NCBI GenBank assembly: GCA_965207375.1
Contig: CBDBMG010000002.1
Coordinates: 288,001 to 352,000, forward strand
Origin: Nitrosopumilaceae archaeon
Lineage (GTDB): Archaea > Thermoproteota > Nitrososphaeria > Nitrososphaerales > Nitrosopumilaceae
Length of the DNA: 64,000 nt
Direction of reading: 5' to 3'
In this document: positions 29,201 through 42,477 of the stretch, piece by piece
How positions within the stretch are numbered: position 1 is the stretch's first letter
Layout of the letters: each line of letters begins with the position of its first letter
Notes under the pieces: model-generated
What the model was told of the DNA's origin: nothing
Seen by the model: the letters and a program-made list of their open reading frames with translations, nothing else
The model's database searches: none
Program-made: the position numbers and the translations under genes

Positions 29201-31220
29201 TCCCAAAGCAATTGATGATAGACAGTGGTGCACAATCAGGTCTGCATCTGCAGTACAACAACCTGTCAACCAACCAGCTCAAGATGTTACCTTCAAGGGC
29301 AAGGGATTTGTCAACTCTGATGGCGTCTCTAGTTACGCTAATTCAGTTATGCAATGCCTATTGTTGTCTCCTGCTGTATGTCAGGCTATGCAGCAGAGCA
29401 CCAGTACAGCTATCAAGGACATGTGTGATGCATATACATCAACGGCTGAGTGTAATTTGGATTGTCTACAGCTCCGGCAAGAACTAGGAGCGCCTTTTGA
29501 TAGACCACATACTCAAAGTCCTGTTGCATTTTTACAAGCACTAGTACACCATTCATCACACTTAAGCTCCGCACTTTAGCATACTGTGAGATTGCACATT
29601 CAGTGTACCCACTGTAACATTGCTAGTTTTACTGAAAACCAACAGCACATCATTCCACTATCCATTCCGACATCAGTGAAAAGCTTGAAATTGACCAAAC
29701 TAATGCAAATGTACATGGATTGGACTCAGTCAGCAGATAAGTTCTGTGATGTTTGCGAGCATCCAGTGAAAGTGCGTACAGAAATTGTAAATGCCAAACA
29801 TGTACTGATATTGCAGATGGATGTGTGGAGTAGCATTGATGATAATGCTATCAAGCGAAAGACAAACATCATATCCTTACCAGATAGTTCAATTACAATA
29901 GGTAGTAGTACATACAAACTCATGTCAGCTGTTAGCCTTTTGCCCAGCACTAGACCAAGCTGTCATTACTTCACCATACTGTCAACTAAAGGAAGAAAGT
30001 GGCTACATTTTCAGGATCTGGCTGCCTCTACTGCCCCTTGGCCTCGTGGAGGAAAAGATGTGCTAATACTATTTTATCACCTTAAAAATACTGTTGCATC
30101 CATGAAAACAACAGCAGCTAAGGACAGTAGCAGAAGAGAAGCTGGGCATTGCACTACAACATCACCACAAACCATTTTTGCTAAATCGCACAGAATGAAG
30201 ACAACCACATCCGTATCAACCGAAGCTGCCACAACTACACCAACAACTATGACATACACAACAGCAAATTTCACAACTACAACTGGACCTACTACAGTAT
30301 CTCCAACAGCAACCCCAACAGTGGGTACAGCAACAACTACAACCAACACTGCAGCTGAGTGTGGCACAACATCAGGAGGCACCAGTTTGACTTTTAACAA
30401 GTGTAAGGGGTTTACCAACAATGATGGTGTTTTGTGTTATGCAAACTCAATATTACAATGCTTATTGCAGCACAGGTCTGTCAGAAATGCATGTGTAATT
30501 AGTAGATATTCTGTGCTTCGTGATTTGACTCATAACTATGTTGATCCTACAAAGGTCGACCTTCTTACCAGCAGATCTGTTCGTAAACTGCTTCGAGCAC
30601 CCTTTTCTGTTAATAGACAACAAGATGCAGCTGAATTTTTAGAAGCATTAGCCATGTTCTGTACACCTTTAAAAAACTGCTTACAGTATACCATTACAAC
30701 ATACCTACGATGTTCCAACTGCACATACACAAGCAGTAGACATGAAGCTAACACTATCTTGCCATTAGTGATACCAGCTGACTCAACCACAGTGAGATTA
30801 CACGATTTATTGGCAAAATTAAGCGATTGGGAAACCATGCTGGGCTCACACTGCAATACATGCAATGCCGATGGAGCTGTTTTTCAGACACGTCAAGAAC
30901 TGGTTGGAGCTAGTGAACTTATTGTTGTACAGCTTAAGTTGTACGTGATTGGAGTAGATGGAATACCACACAAACTAAGAGTTTCTATAGACGATTTCAC
31001 CAGCAGTACTATAACTGTGCAAGGGCAGTGCTACAAAGTGCACAACATTGTTAGCCATCATGGCCCTAGTGCACTCTCAGGTCATTACACCTCCTATCAC
31101 AAGCAGAATAGAGGATGGACATTGGTCAATGATTATCATTTAACAAGGGCATTAGAACCAGAAACCAACAGTGATGTTTATATTTTATTCTATGCCAAAC
31201 AACCTCCAGGTCATCGCTGA
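23268..31220 (+). pseudogene. Helentron/Helitron2 RepHel polyprotein: basic repeats, HUH Rep, Pif1 helicase, two USP domains
   Basis: Rep motifs WFITLS, EYQGRGLQHFH and YCTKYTTK; Pif1 motifs GCGGTGKS, IIDEISMV, GDLLQLPPV, TIHKSQG and GQAYVALSR; USP motifs NNDGVLCYANSILQCL, QQDAAEFL and HHGPSALSGHY..WTLVND. In-frame stops at 23468, 24053 and 29577; one frameshift near 27690. Confidence 0.93.
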
Positions 31221-31399
31221 TTGCTTTTAGATGTTCATGTTCTTCATGCATGTTAAACTGGGTGAAGAAGATGATAGAATTCACTCACTGATCAGTACCA
31301 CATTGTAGCTGCATGTATTGTCTTGATTATCTTGTATGTTTTTTTTATATAGGTAAATGATGATAACAACAACAACGGTGTTTATGAAATCAAAGTGTT

Positions 31400-31596
31400 T
31401 GTAAAGTTGATGATGATGATGATGATATGAAGAAGATGATGATGATTATGTTGATGATGATAAGGATGATGACGACGATGATGATGATTTTACGTGGTGG
31501 TGGAGGGGATGGTGGTGGTGGGGCCCGAAATCAGCAACCTCCACGGTGGTGGGCCCTGGACACAATGCTCGTTTAGCATTGTGACTAATAGCTGAC
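31400..31596 (-). repeat. Right member of the inverted pair: (GAT)n tract plus GC-rich module
   Basis: Reverse complement of 17758-17970, diverged. Confidence 0.9.
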
Positions 31597-32033
31597 TTAC
31601 CATACGTAAATGACCACCCTCCTGAATGTGTCATAGAACCACAACAGTCAATATCCAATACCCCACTGAAGAAAATATTTTAATGGCAGGCATCTTCAGA
31701 GAAAGTTCAAGAAACTACACTTAATAATACTGTAACAATTCTTAGTTTTATATGAATTTATTAAAGTACAGCTATACATATATATAGTTAAAGAATTAAA
31801 CCATATTAAAGGTTACACTAACATATGTGCAAGGAAGGTATGTATGCATAGCTACATAGTCTGCCACTCCAAACTCTCTTGCTAGGTAGCTAGCGAGCTA
31901 CTTGTTTTGTATTGCTGTGTTTAACCATCTTTGCAGAGAAATTCTTGTATGTTGTCATAACTATATGCACAGCAACTGATTACTGGGTGTAATTGTATGT
32001 AATTAACATTTTCAGCTACTTGACTCACAAATA

Positions 32034-32269
32034 TGTGACAGACCCTGTGAAAACCAATCATGTGAGCGCAAATTACACCTAGTTAGATATTCATGAATAT
32101 CTTAGTTTTAAAGGAGTAGCTAATATCATTCTACAAATTTCAAAAGATACTGCATTGTGGTGAAAATTGTAGATTGCTACTATAAATAGAGCATAAGTAT
32201 GATGAACGAATTAGGTGATTTTTGTGCAACTACATAGCTACGTTGTTGATTTTCACAGGGTCAGTCACA
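32034..32269. mobile_element. MITE with TGTGAC...GTCACA termini
   Basis: tgtgacagaccctgtgaaaa / ttttcacagggtcagtcaca; TA flanks. Confidence 0.8.
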
Positions 32270-33025
32270 TACGTGTTATAGCAACTGGCTAGCTATCGGT
32301 TTAGCAATGAATTCTCCCAATGTAGCTCCTATATACCACCTGTGCTGTATAATGGTCACAAGGAGTTGCTGTCTATAGAGAGGTAGAACCTGACGATATC
32401 AGATCATCAACCCTTCTGTATTGTGCTCACTGTGGCTTACACTACAATAAAAATTTGATATTCATCATATTAAAATTAGCTGTCACATCACATTCATGGG
32501 TAAATTATACATAATTGCTAATTAATGTAAACCAGTTTATAATTACTGAAAAAGCTGTAGCTACAACTAGCTTAACCCAACTATAGGTCGTTCAATTTAC
32601 AGGTATATATAAATGTATAAGCCTGCGTCAAATAGCTATCTATGCCAGTATAATAAAGGCTAGCATATTGCTAGTATATTGGGTGAATTAAACGTTGAAT
32701 AGAACAATCAAGGTAGAAATATTCTAATAGAGCATATCTAATCTGTAAGTATATAGAAATTCCTGAACTGAGCAAAAATTTACTCAGGCCTACCATTTAG
32801 TAATTTTCCAATCGTATCATGACTCACATTGCCAAAATTGATAGAGAAACATTGCTCACCACACATTCATAGCTGTAGCTATGAAATCAGTAAAGAAATT
32901 TAAAACTTTATACACAATTTAAAAGAATGATACACCCTCAAACAGTAATTTAATGCTCATGCATGGAAGCTGGCTAAATAGCTACAGCTAATAGTTGACC
33001 TGTTTTTTCTAAAAAAAGAAGTGAA

Positions 33026-33386
33026 ATCTCAATCAAAAACACCCTGGGTGTAAAAAAAGGAGCGGCCAAGAACTAAAAAAAAGAAAAAAGGCCTGGATAA
33101 AAAAGAAGTGAAATCAAAATGGGCGGCCAAGGCCTGTGTAGTGTTACTGCTGATGGAAATAAAAATTTTAATAATCACAATTCAGGCCGCAAAACATTAG
33201 CAGATTGATATGTTAATGTTTTGCGGCCTGAATTGTGATTATTAAAATTTTTATTTCCATCAGCAGTAACACTACACAGGCCTTGGCCGCCCATTTTGAT
33301 TTCACTTCTTTTTTATCCAGGCCTTTTTTCTTTTTTTTAGCTCTTGGCCGCTCCTTTTTTACACCCAGGGTGTTTTTGATTGAGAT
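33026..33386. repeat. Long palindrome with 174-bp arms and a 14-nt loop
   Basis: Only one arm mismatch seen. Confidence 0.95.
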
Positions 33387-33653
33387 AATTAGTTACAGCG
33401 GCACGATGTTTTCACGTGTACTCGCGTGTATTTTATTACATCGTGAACTTCGAGATTATTATACTTGGACAAATACGTAGCTTTTGCTGTTTTTCGAGCG
33501 TTATTTGCTATCACACAGCTGCTTTGCCATGTAAGCGCATTGTTAACAAGCACCTGTAAACAAGCATAATTATTACGTAAGCGCCTGTAACATTTTGTGT
33601 GCCTACTAAAAGATTATTAAATGCTTAGCATGTATAAAAAGTAAACAAACTAG

Positions 33654-33964
33654 AATGATAAAAAATTAAAAATTTAAAAAGTAAGTAGGGATTGAATTTT
33701 GGATTCAATAGTGCTACAAAAAGTAAGGAAACAAGGAATAAGATTTTGGGACGAGAAAACATTCTATAATTTATAAAGTTTAGTCCCTACTTTTGGCTCA
33801 CTTTATAGGTTTGCCAAAAGTAGGGATTAAACTTTTATAAATTATCTCATGCCGGAATGTTCTCTTGTCCCAAAATCTTATTCCTTGTTTCCTTACTTTT
33901 TGTAGCACTATTGAATCCAAAGTTCAATCCCTACTTACTTTTTAAATTTTTAATTTTTATCATT
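33654..33964. repeat. Long imperfect palindrome with ~145-bp arms
   Basis: aaagtaagtagggattgaa.. / ..ttcaatccctacttacttt. Confidence 0.9.
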
Positions 33965-34500
33965 ATATTTGGTAGCTAGGGATATACAAGTTACATGGTC
34001 AACATGTACATTAATAGTTGACCTGTACATGTGTTATATAATTATAGCGTGTACAATTGTTAACATAATAATACAACCACCATAATGTGTACATTAAAAG
34101 TAACATGGATTACATAATCCATGTACATAACTATACGTAACTATACATAGTTATAACAGTCAACATTATGTATAGGTAGACGATTAGTGCACGTATCATA
34201 AAATAACTCTGAATCATGAAATTCTGGAAATACAGAAGAAAGTTTACATCACAAAACTTAGACTACGAGCTAGTGGTACATCTATATCATAGTCAAGTGA
34301 TGTAATCGTAGTGGAGCAGTGTGAGTTGTGTAAAATATGTTTATACTTACATCCATGTCCTTATGCCAAGTTACAAGCATATGATAACTACTTATATATA
34401 GATCTGCAACTATGCATGTACTACAAGAATCATGTGTGTGGTGACCATGCATGTGACTATTATTTACAGTGAGTGTATAATATGTATTAGATGATGTAAC

Positions 34501-34975
34501 TAGGGGTGGGTGGTATCCATATAACGGTATTTAAAATAAAAATACTCCAGTGCAACTAAATATCTACGTACTAAATGGGCTCATGGCTTCATGCTAAACA
34601 ACAACTAATATACTGGTGTGTTTGAATGCAATCCATAAACATATGTATTACAACATGGTACGTACATATTAGCTACAACATGTTATCAGTGAAAGCAAGA
34701 GTTCATAATATATGGAGGGAGATATTATGAACTCTTGGTAATAGCTATGTATATCAATGCAACTATTAGCTACTTTAAGTATTGTAAATTCTCAGTAATA
34801 AAATAGTAAAACCCAATAAGGTCTTTAATTAAAATATTTTGAAACATTTTCAGGAATTGCTAAATATATAAATAAAATATAATATAAAAATTTTATTTCA
34901 CGGTATAATTATGGTATTTAAACAAGTGTGAAAGACATATTGTGATATAAATAGTTGGCATATTGCCCACCCTCA
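34501..34975. mobile_element. hAT MITE
   Basis: taggggtggg / cccaccctca termini; 8-bp TSD gatgtaac. Confidence 0.8.
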
Positions 34976-35396
34976 GATGTAACCATATGTAATATACTTG
35001 TATTACTCTAATAGAGTAGTCATTGCAATAAATGAATTAGTACTTAAACCTTACTATGCTTTCCATACTTAACCGTCCCATGTAGGTGTTGATATACATA
35101 GCTACGTACATTGCTATAATTATGCATTAGATATGTTCATGTAATTTATGGTATTATGTGGTAACTTCTAAATGCACATGCAATTGCAATTATGTTGATC
35201 TTGTAAGCATGTATGTGAATCCAATATGTTGACTATGCATGTATGTGCATCCACTATGTTGACCATGTACCTATGCAAGCACATTCACTATAACGCATGT
35301 ATATCCACAATGTTGACCACGTACTTACAGCCATATACTCTCTATGTATGTACATCCACTATAATATATATAATTTAATTTTAACCATGTATACAT

Positions 35397-35596
35397 TACT
35401 GTAACCACTGTATTTTTCACGGAACGTTATTTTCATGAATTTCACGAAAAAAGTAGTTTCATGAAAATATAATCGCTATTTCCTACTTTAAACTGCTTTT
35501 CCAAGATACGGATTCGTGAAAATAAAATTGTGAATACTGCTCAGGTAGGGGATTCATGAAATATTAGTACCGTAAAAATAACAGCGGTTACGGTAT
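35397..35596. mobile_element. Small MITE (tactgtaacc...ggttacggta)
   Basis: Imperfect ~40-bp TIR. Confidence 0.65.
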
Positions 35597-37580
35597 ACTA
35601 TATCGACCATGTAACCGCACCTTCCACTGTTTTGATCATGTAACTGTTTATTACGTGCAAGTACTATGGTGAATACATATACGACCATGCATTAAGGTGA
35701 CAATCATGATGATTTGTATGCAATGCAATGTTACCATGGTAACTACAGTGGAACCTTGTTCATCCACACTCCAAAGATCTGGAACTATGTAACTATGGCA
35801 TATACGTACCTATGTAAGTATGGCAACCATGCAACTGTGTGCACATAGTCATGTACTACGTACGTATGTAGACCAATATTTTCCAGTAGTTACTAATTAC
35901 TTGAAGTGAGACATGTCACATGATTATATGCATGTAATGGATTTTCACTATGGTGACCATGTAACTAGTATATTATGTGACACTATCAGTATGGTCACCA
36001 TGCACAAATGTGATTGTGTGGCCACATATCCTTAATGTAATAATCCATGTGATCGTCTTGTCATACCGTGTAACGGCTGCATTTACGATGGTCATGTGAA
36101 TATAATGTGACGAGTCTGGTGATCATGAAGTATTACTTATGTACTACATATGCTCTTTTATTCATCACACAATTATTTCATTGAGTAGTCATCAAGGAGT
36201 TTCTTCTGAAAATTTCTACACAACATTTTGAGTTGTACAAAATTTGCAATTACATTTTCAAATGTCTCCAATGTCATAAAATATGTATTTCATGCATATT
36301 ACTGCATGGTGAATACACTTTTTGATGTGCGTCTGTTAGCAACAATTAACTGATCACATAATATAATTGTTAACTATTGCAATTATGTAAGCATTAGTAT
36401 AGTAATATATTAATAGCCATAAAATATAACATAATCTGAATTTGACCATTACATTTTATGTAATGATAAAAGTTACTGTACATGGTTAAGACTTTTCATC
36501 CTGCAAGACAAAAATAAGTGATTACACAAGCTTAAAAACAACAATAACTAGTAATACAACATATGTACCTACATACGTATGTACGTACATGCAGTGGATG
36601 GAGAACATAATCTACAGAAAGTTTGTGGGAGGCATGTCTTTTACCGAACACTATCAGTAATTCATGGACAATTACAAGTGTTATCCATTTGAGTGAAGAA
36701 ACTCTCATAGGGGTCTGATATCTTGTATGGGGTCCTTTAGAAATGCAACATTTTGAAATCTGAGATCTGTAAAAAATTTCTGATATCACACTCGTTGCTA
36801 TATAATTGACCTTGTGATGAACCCTGTGGTCAATGCTAGGCCTAGTGATATGTTTCTCAAGTGCATTACAGTGCCCTTTATTGCTTGTGGCAATAGTACA
36901 AAGTGATTGATTTTTGCTATTGACATTTTTCTTCCAAGGTATTTTCTCAATAGTCCCTCCACACAATATAACCGCAAATTTAACAATTTCATGAATAAAA
37001 GACAATACCAACCAGAAGTGATTTTCTGCATGGCGATTATAAAATTAATGCACTATTTACTGTGTCTGCAAATGCATTAAATACTTTATGAAATCGTTCT
37101 TGAATAGAAATTTTACTAAAGCCCTCCTCTAGGAAATATGTAATGTAATGGTTCAATGAATAATATCTCCAGAAGGCTTGACCCACTGGCCACCCCGGAA
37201 ATATTTGCAAAACTACAGAAATTATACATAGGTTTTATAGATTTCAAATTTCCAAGAGTCTGTACGGGATTTCAGTGGAATTGGACTTCGCAAAGCCTCC
37301 ATACCACTTTAGAAAAGGCCTCTACAAACACAACGCATACGTTAGTTTATACGAGGGTGTATTTTACCAGTCGAGAAGCTCACAGTTAGAAAACTACAGC
37401 GGTATATAGCTAGCTATTAATAACAGTAATCATAAGCACTTTAATTAGAGTTGAGTAAACACAAAACAGAGCTAGACTGCTAACCTTCCCTTTTCTTCTA
37501 ACTACCCCGCTTTTTTAATACGTACGTCAGTACACTGCCAGAAATGCAGTCATCACCCACACGTGTTCTCACATGTTATA

Positions 37581-37823
37581 TGCGACCGGATTTGGGAAAA
37601 CGTGCATAGTTCACACATCCAATTTTTGTCATTCAAAGATTCATAAAATTGGGTAGGAACAGTATTCAGATTTCATATTTGCAGAAATGATAGAGGAATA
37701 GTAGCTCTATAAACCCTGCAAGTTTCAAGTCTATCTACGTATCATCCCAAACAGATTTTATGAAACTTTAAAGTTGAAAAATTGGATGTGTGAACTATGC
37801 ACGTTTTCGCAAATCCGGTCACA
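37581..37823. mobile_element. MITE with TG(C/T)GAC...GTCACA termini
   Basis: ~45-bp TIR gaccggattt..gtgcatagttcacacatccaatttt; TA flanks. Confidence 0.85.
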
Positions 37824-38002
37824 TATATGGAAAGCCATTGTGGACAAAAATTAAATTTTGTGTATGTATATACAAAATAGTTTCTTATTTTTATGTCGTG
37901 CTTTAAGTTTTGCTTTGCATTTGCTCCAATTGTTAGTTCAATTTTAATAGGTATTACAACTTCAACTTCCAATTTTATAGTAGCTACAATTTAATTTTTG
38001 AC

Positions 38003-38507
38003 TTGCAATTTTATAGTCCAATTTTGAGTTGCAATTTTATAGTCCAATTTTGAGTTGCAATTTTATAGTCCAATTTTGAGTTGCAATTTTATAGTCCAAT
38101 TTTGAGTTGCAATTTTATAGTTCAATTTTGAGTTGCAATTTTATAGTCCAATTTTGAGTTGCAATTTTATAGTCCAATTTTGAGTTGCAATTTTATAGTC
38201 CAATTTTGAGTTGCAATTTTATAGTCCAATTTTGAGTTGCAATTTTATAGTCCAATTTTGAGTTGCAATTTTATAGTCCAATTTTGAGTTGCAATTTTAT
38301 AGTCCAATTTTGAGTTGCAATTTTATAGTCCAATTTTGAGTTGCAATTTTATAGTCCAATTTTGAGTTGCAATTTTATAGTCCAATTTTGAGTTGCAATT
38401 TTATAGTTCAATTTTGAGTTGCAATTTTATAGTTCAATTTTGAGTTGCAATTTTGAGTTACAATTTTGAGTTACAATTTTATAGTCCAATTTTGAGTTGC
38501 AATTTTT
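38003..38507. repeat. 26-bp minisatellite (dimer of related 13-mers), about 19 copies
   Basis: Unit ttgcaattttatagtccaattttgag. Confidence 0.95.
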
Positions 38508-38989
38508 TCATTAGATAAATTGTCTTCGAAACAATTAACAGTTTCGTAAAAGGGAAGGGATAACCTTTGTTGTGCTGAATTTCTGGAGACGCAAACCTAG
38601 CAGAACCCGGTCTTATGGCAGGCTGGCTGGCCGGCAGACGAAATCCAGGTGATTTTCGATTTTTAAAAATTCATTATAGATCGAAATAATCGACATTTCA
38701 ATTTGTTAAACAAATATAAGGCATTATTATAGCTGTGCCAGTACGTTTAAGTTGGTTTTTTTGGCTAAAGCGTATTGTAAGGAGGGTTTCTAGACATGTG
38801 AAAATTCCACATTCCATGCATTCCTTATCGATCCCTACTATTAAGTACTACCGTACTTAATGAAGTACTACCATACTTAATGATACATAGATGTGTTATT
38901 GTGTCATAATCAGTGAAGAGAGTATATTAGACCAACTGTAGTTAGTTTGCGGATCACCTAAGTAAAGCCCTCTTTACATTACACACACA

Positions 38990-40800
38990 TAATAACTTAC
39001 AACAACAATATTTACAAATCAAAACTAACAACACTAACAATTACAAAGTATATATACAAACACATCATGCATACAATAGTCAAAAAATAAAAAGAAAACG
39101 CGCAGGGCAGACCGGAATAGATCGGTATGAGTAAACTTTAGGATGTTGTATGGAATTGTATTTCACAAAAAAGGACTGTTAATAAAAAGAATAATGTTAT
39201 GAATTAATTGTTGATGAAGCAGGCTGAATATTGTGGGGATGAACTTTGGATAAATGAAAATGATCAGAAAAGGAAAAAGAATTTCTATTGTGAAAAATAT
39301 CGTGAACTTGATAAATAGAAAGATAAGTATGACGTTGGTGAATAGAAGGCCATTTCAGCTCTTTCAAACAATCATCCGAGGACTTACTCCAACAATATGA
39401 GGACAGATTCCATCTGCTACCAGCAGCCCACTGGCCAATGAGCACCTTGAAGTTGAATGCGCTCCAATGTGTTAATGTTTTTAGCTGCATGGAGAAACCA
39501 AACTGAACAGGCATACTCCATAATAGGGCACACAATACATTTATATGTAACGGACTTAACTATACCAGAACAATTGAATAAGCAATGGCGAAGAAAGTTA
39601 AGAGACCTTGAAGCCTTAGCAGTAACATACTTACAATGATCATTCCAATATAGATGGCAGTCAACAAAACTCCCAAATAGCATACTACAGGATTGCAGAA
39701 GATAAGTTTAGCATCCAAATAATATTTGGCCACAGGTGGAGTCCTCTTACGTATTAGATAACACAATGCTTTCACACTTATCAGGGTTAAGGCATAACAG
39801 CCATTATTTAGCCCACTGAACTACTAGCTCACTACCAGCAGCAAAACCATGATTTACCCATGCTGTATGACATGAAAATTCATGTAATATAAAACCTATG
39901 AAAATTTTAACATTTCATGGGTTGCATCCATGATATAATTGATATTCCTATGAATGAAATGACTTCATGAGTATATCATTGTATCATGAATTACCCATGA
40001 AATAAAACTTCATGGTACGAGTCATGGCATCATTTGATAATTCATGGCATTATAATAGATATTTCATTATACTCAAGTTGCTGGTAGTAACTTTTGACAG
40101 ATCAAGTTGGAGCAAGTCAACATCAGCTGGGGATACTATTTGTTTGCTAGCAGGCTAGTAAAGTTCATACTTCTTCTTAGGCCAAAAGATTGACCAAGGA
40201 TTTGACCTGATGCAAAAACTCCAAAACAGCAGGCCAGGTTTCTAAAACAGTGCCGTCATCCTAATAGCTATCACATGGAGGACAAATTCCATGAATTGAA
40301 AGGAATCTGACCAAAGAAATCAGTCAGCACATGGAAAAACAAAAAGGGCCCTAAAAATTCATACACCTGCATGGGAAAGAACTTGCCTCTTCCCAAATCA
40401 AAGTTTTACAGGTTTATTTAAACAGTTCTAGGAAGCAAGCTCTCACTCTTTCTGGAAAGACAGAACAAGCATAGAGCAGGATCAGTGCCATGTTACTAGA
40501 GGCAGCAGCAAGCAGCTTCTAGTTCACCTTTACTTTGACCCCAACTTAGCTGTAGAGGATCAAAAGATCAGGAAGTTGAGATCTTAAAAAGAATAGCAAA
40601 TTCTATTAGTTAAGGGATAAAGGACTTTTCTGACAGCAATAGTTTTTCTGTTTTAAGAGGCTCCAGCAAGCCAAGGGGATAACCAAGGGTTGAGTTTTCC
40701 AAAGAGTGATAAATTAATTCATATGATCAAACGTTGTAAACAATCCTGTGCAGCAGGGGCAGAGTGAACACAGATTGCAAAATAAAGATGTTGTACTCAG
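38990..40800 (-). mobile_element. Decayed CR1/L2-group LINE
   Basis: YLGV, KASRSLNFLR, YKCIVCPIMEYACSVW, LERIQ and LKELKWPSI fragments. Confidence 0.75.
39830..40089. mobile_element. CACTA/EnSpm-like MITE inserted in the LINE
   Basis: cactaccagca / tgctggtagt termini. Confidence 0.55.
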
Positions 40801-40813
40801 AGATCTCTGGACT

Positions 40814-40956
40814 CAGGGGCGTAAGAAGGCATTCAAACCTGGGGGGCCACAGAGGCTTAACAGGATTGATTTGTATGGCTAGAAACTAATTCCTATGGAG
40901 AAGTTATAAATAGTGGGGGCCATGGCCCCCGTGGCCCCCCGATTGGCACGCCTATG
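40814..40956. mobile_element. Short hAT MITE
   Basis: caggggcgt / acgcctatg termini; TSD tctggact / cctggact. Confidence 0.7.
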
Positions 40957-40989
40957 CCTGGACTAGGCCAATAACGAAACGCACTTAAC

Positions 40990-41403
40990 TATGGGGCGCT
41001 GTTTGAGTCATAAAGCTATAAACATATAAGAGAAAATATATTTTAAAAATTATAGCTTCCAATTCTATTTTGCAGATGTGAGCAGTGTCTTCTCCTATTT
41101 AACTACTAAATCGGACAACCTATTTAGCTACTAAATCGGATGTCCGATTTAGTTGCTATATAGGACATTCGATTTAGCAATTAAATAGGACATCGACGTC
41201 GGATTTAGCAACTAAATAGGATGTCGGATTTAGCAACTACATAGGACGTAGGATTTAGCAACTAAATAGGACGTCCGATTTAGTAGCTAACTGAATAGGA
41301 GAAGACACTGCTCACATCTGCAAAAAAGAATTGGAAGCTATAATTTTTAAAATATATTTTCTCTTATATGTTTATAACTTTATGACTCAAACAGTGCCCC
41401 ATA
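40990..41403. mobile_element. IS3EU-like non-autonomous palindromic element
   Basis: TATGG...CCATA termini, ~130-bp TIR, 6-bp TSD cttaac, internal ~24-bp repeats. Confidence 0.8.
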
Positions 41404-42477
41404 CTTAACATCATCTTGATTGTCCACAGTTAAAGAACTGGCTTAATTAAAATGGAGAAGAAAAACAATTAGCTAACATGGTTATATAATAGAATTATCC
41501 ACTTATCATTTTACATCGGATCCTATAATGTATCAGCATCATACACTGTCCTTTTGTTTGTAAAACATTTCTTAGTTTGGTATAAATGCCAAGTTTCTTC
41601 ATTCTTCCTCAGACTACCGGTTGAGACAATTCTTTGGCTACCTTAAGACCAAAACTCTTCATATAAACCAGTTGCTGTAACTATGTAACTAATAAAGTTG
41701 ACCTGGTTTTCTAAAAAAAGAAGTGAAAAGGAGAGTCCAAGAACTAAAAAAAGAAAAAAAGCCTGGAATAAAAGATGGCAAAATCAAAATGGGCGGCCAA
41801 GGCCTGTGTAGTGTTACTGCTGATGGAAGTAAGGCCGCAAAACATTAACATATCAAGATCAAGACTCACGGTAGTGAGTCGCGAGGCCAAGAAGAAGCAG
41901 CCGTACGCGACGAACGAGTGAGTTATTTACACGTAGCACTGCTGTGAAACTTGTTGGCGCTCTAAATAAGCCGCCATTAAAGCTATCGCTTAGTTATCTA
42001 GGACTCAGCACGTTATAACTATATGGAATCAGTAACCAAACAATGGAGGAACTAGGCGCCACCAATCATAAGTACCAGCCATTGCGAGTTTAATGGCACC
42101 CGTTCGTGCGCCCACGCTCAAAAAACCAACCCCTGACACCTATTCACTCGTTTACTAAACAAATAGTACCTTCAATGTATGAAGAATCGTTGACCTGAAG
42201 TCGTTTGATATCCATGGCACGAGTTTTCCGCACGCGCCTTATAAACTCTTCCTTCCATCAAAAATATTTTAGGCGCCCGTCGTTTTTTTCTTAATTCTTC
42301 ACCTGCTTCGCATTTTGGTTAGCAGGTAATACGTACGAGTTATTAAAAATTATTTCAGGTATTACCTGCGTACCATGGTACGTATTTTATTGAAAGCGCA
42401 GCTCATATTTAGGATGTGAAGATAAATCGAGACACTACGGCTTGTATTTCAAACCCTGGTGAGGCTGAGTTTTTGAA

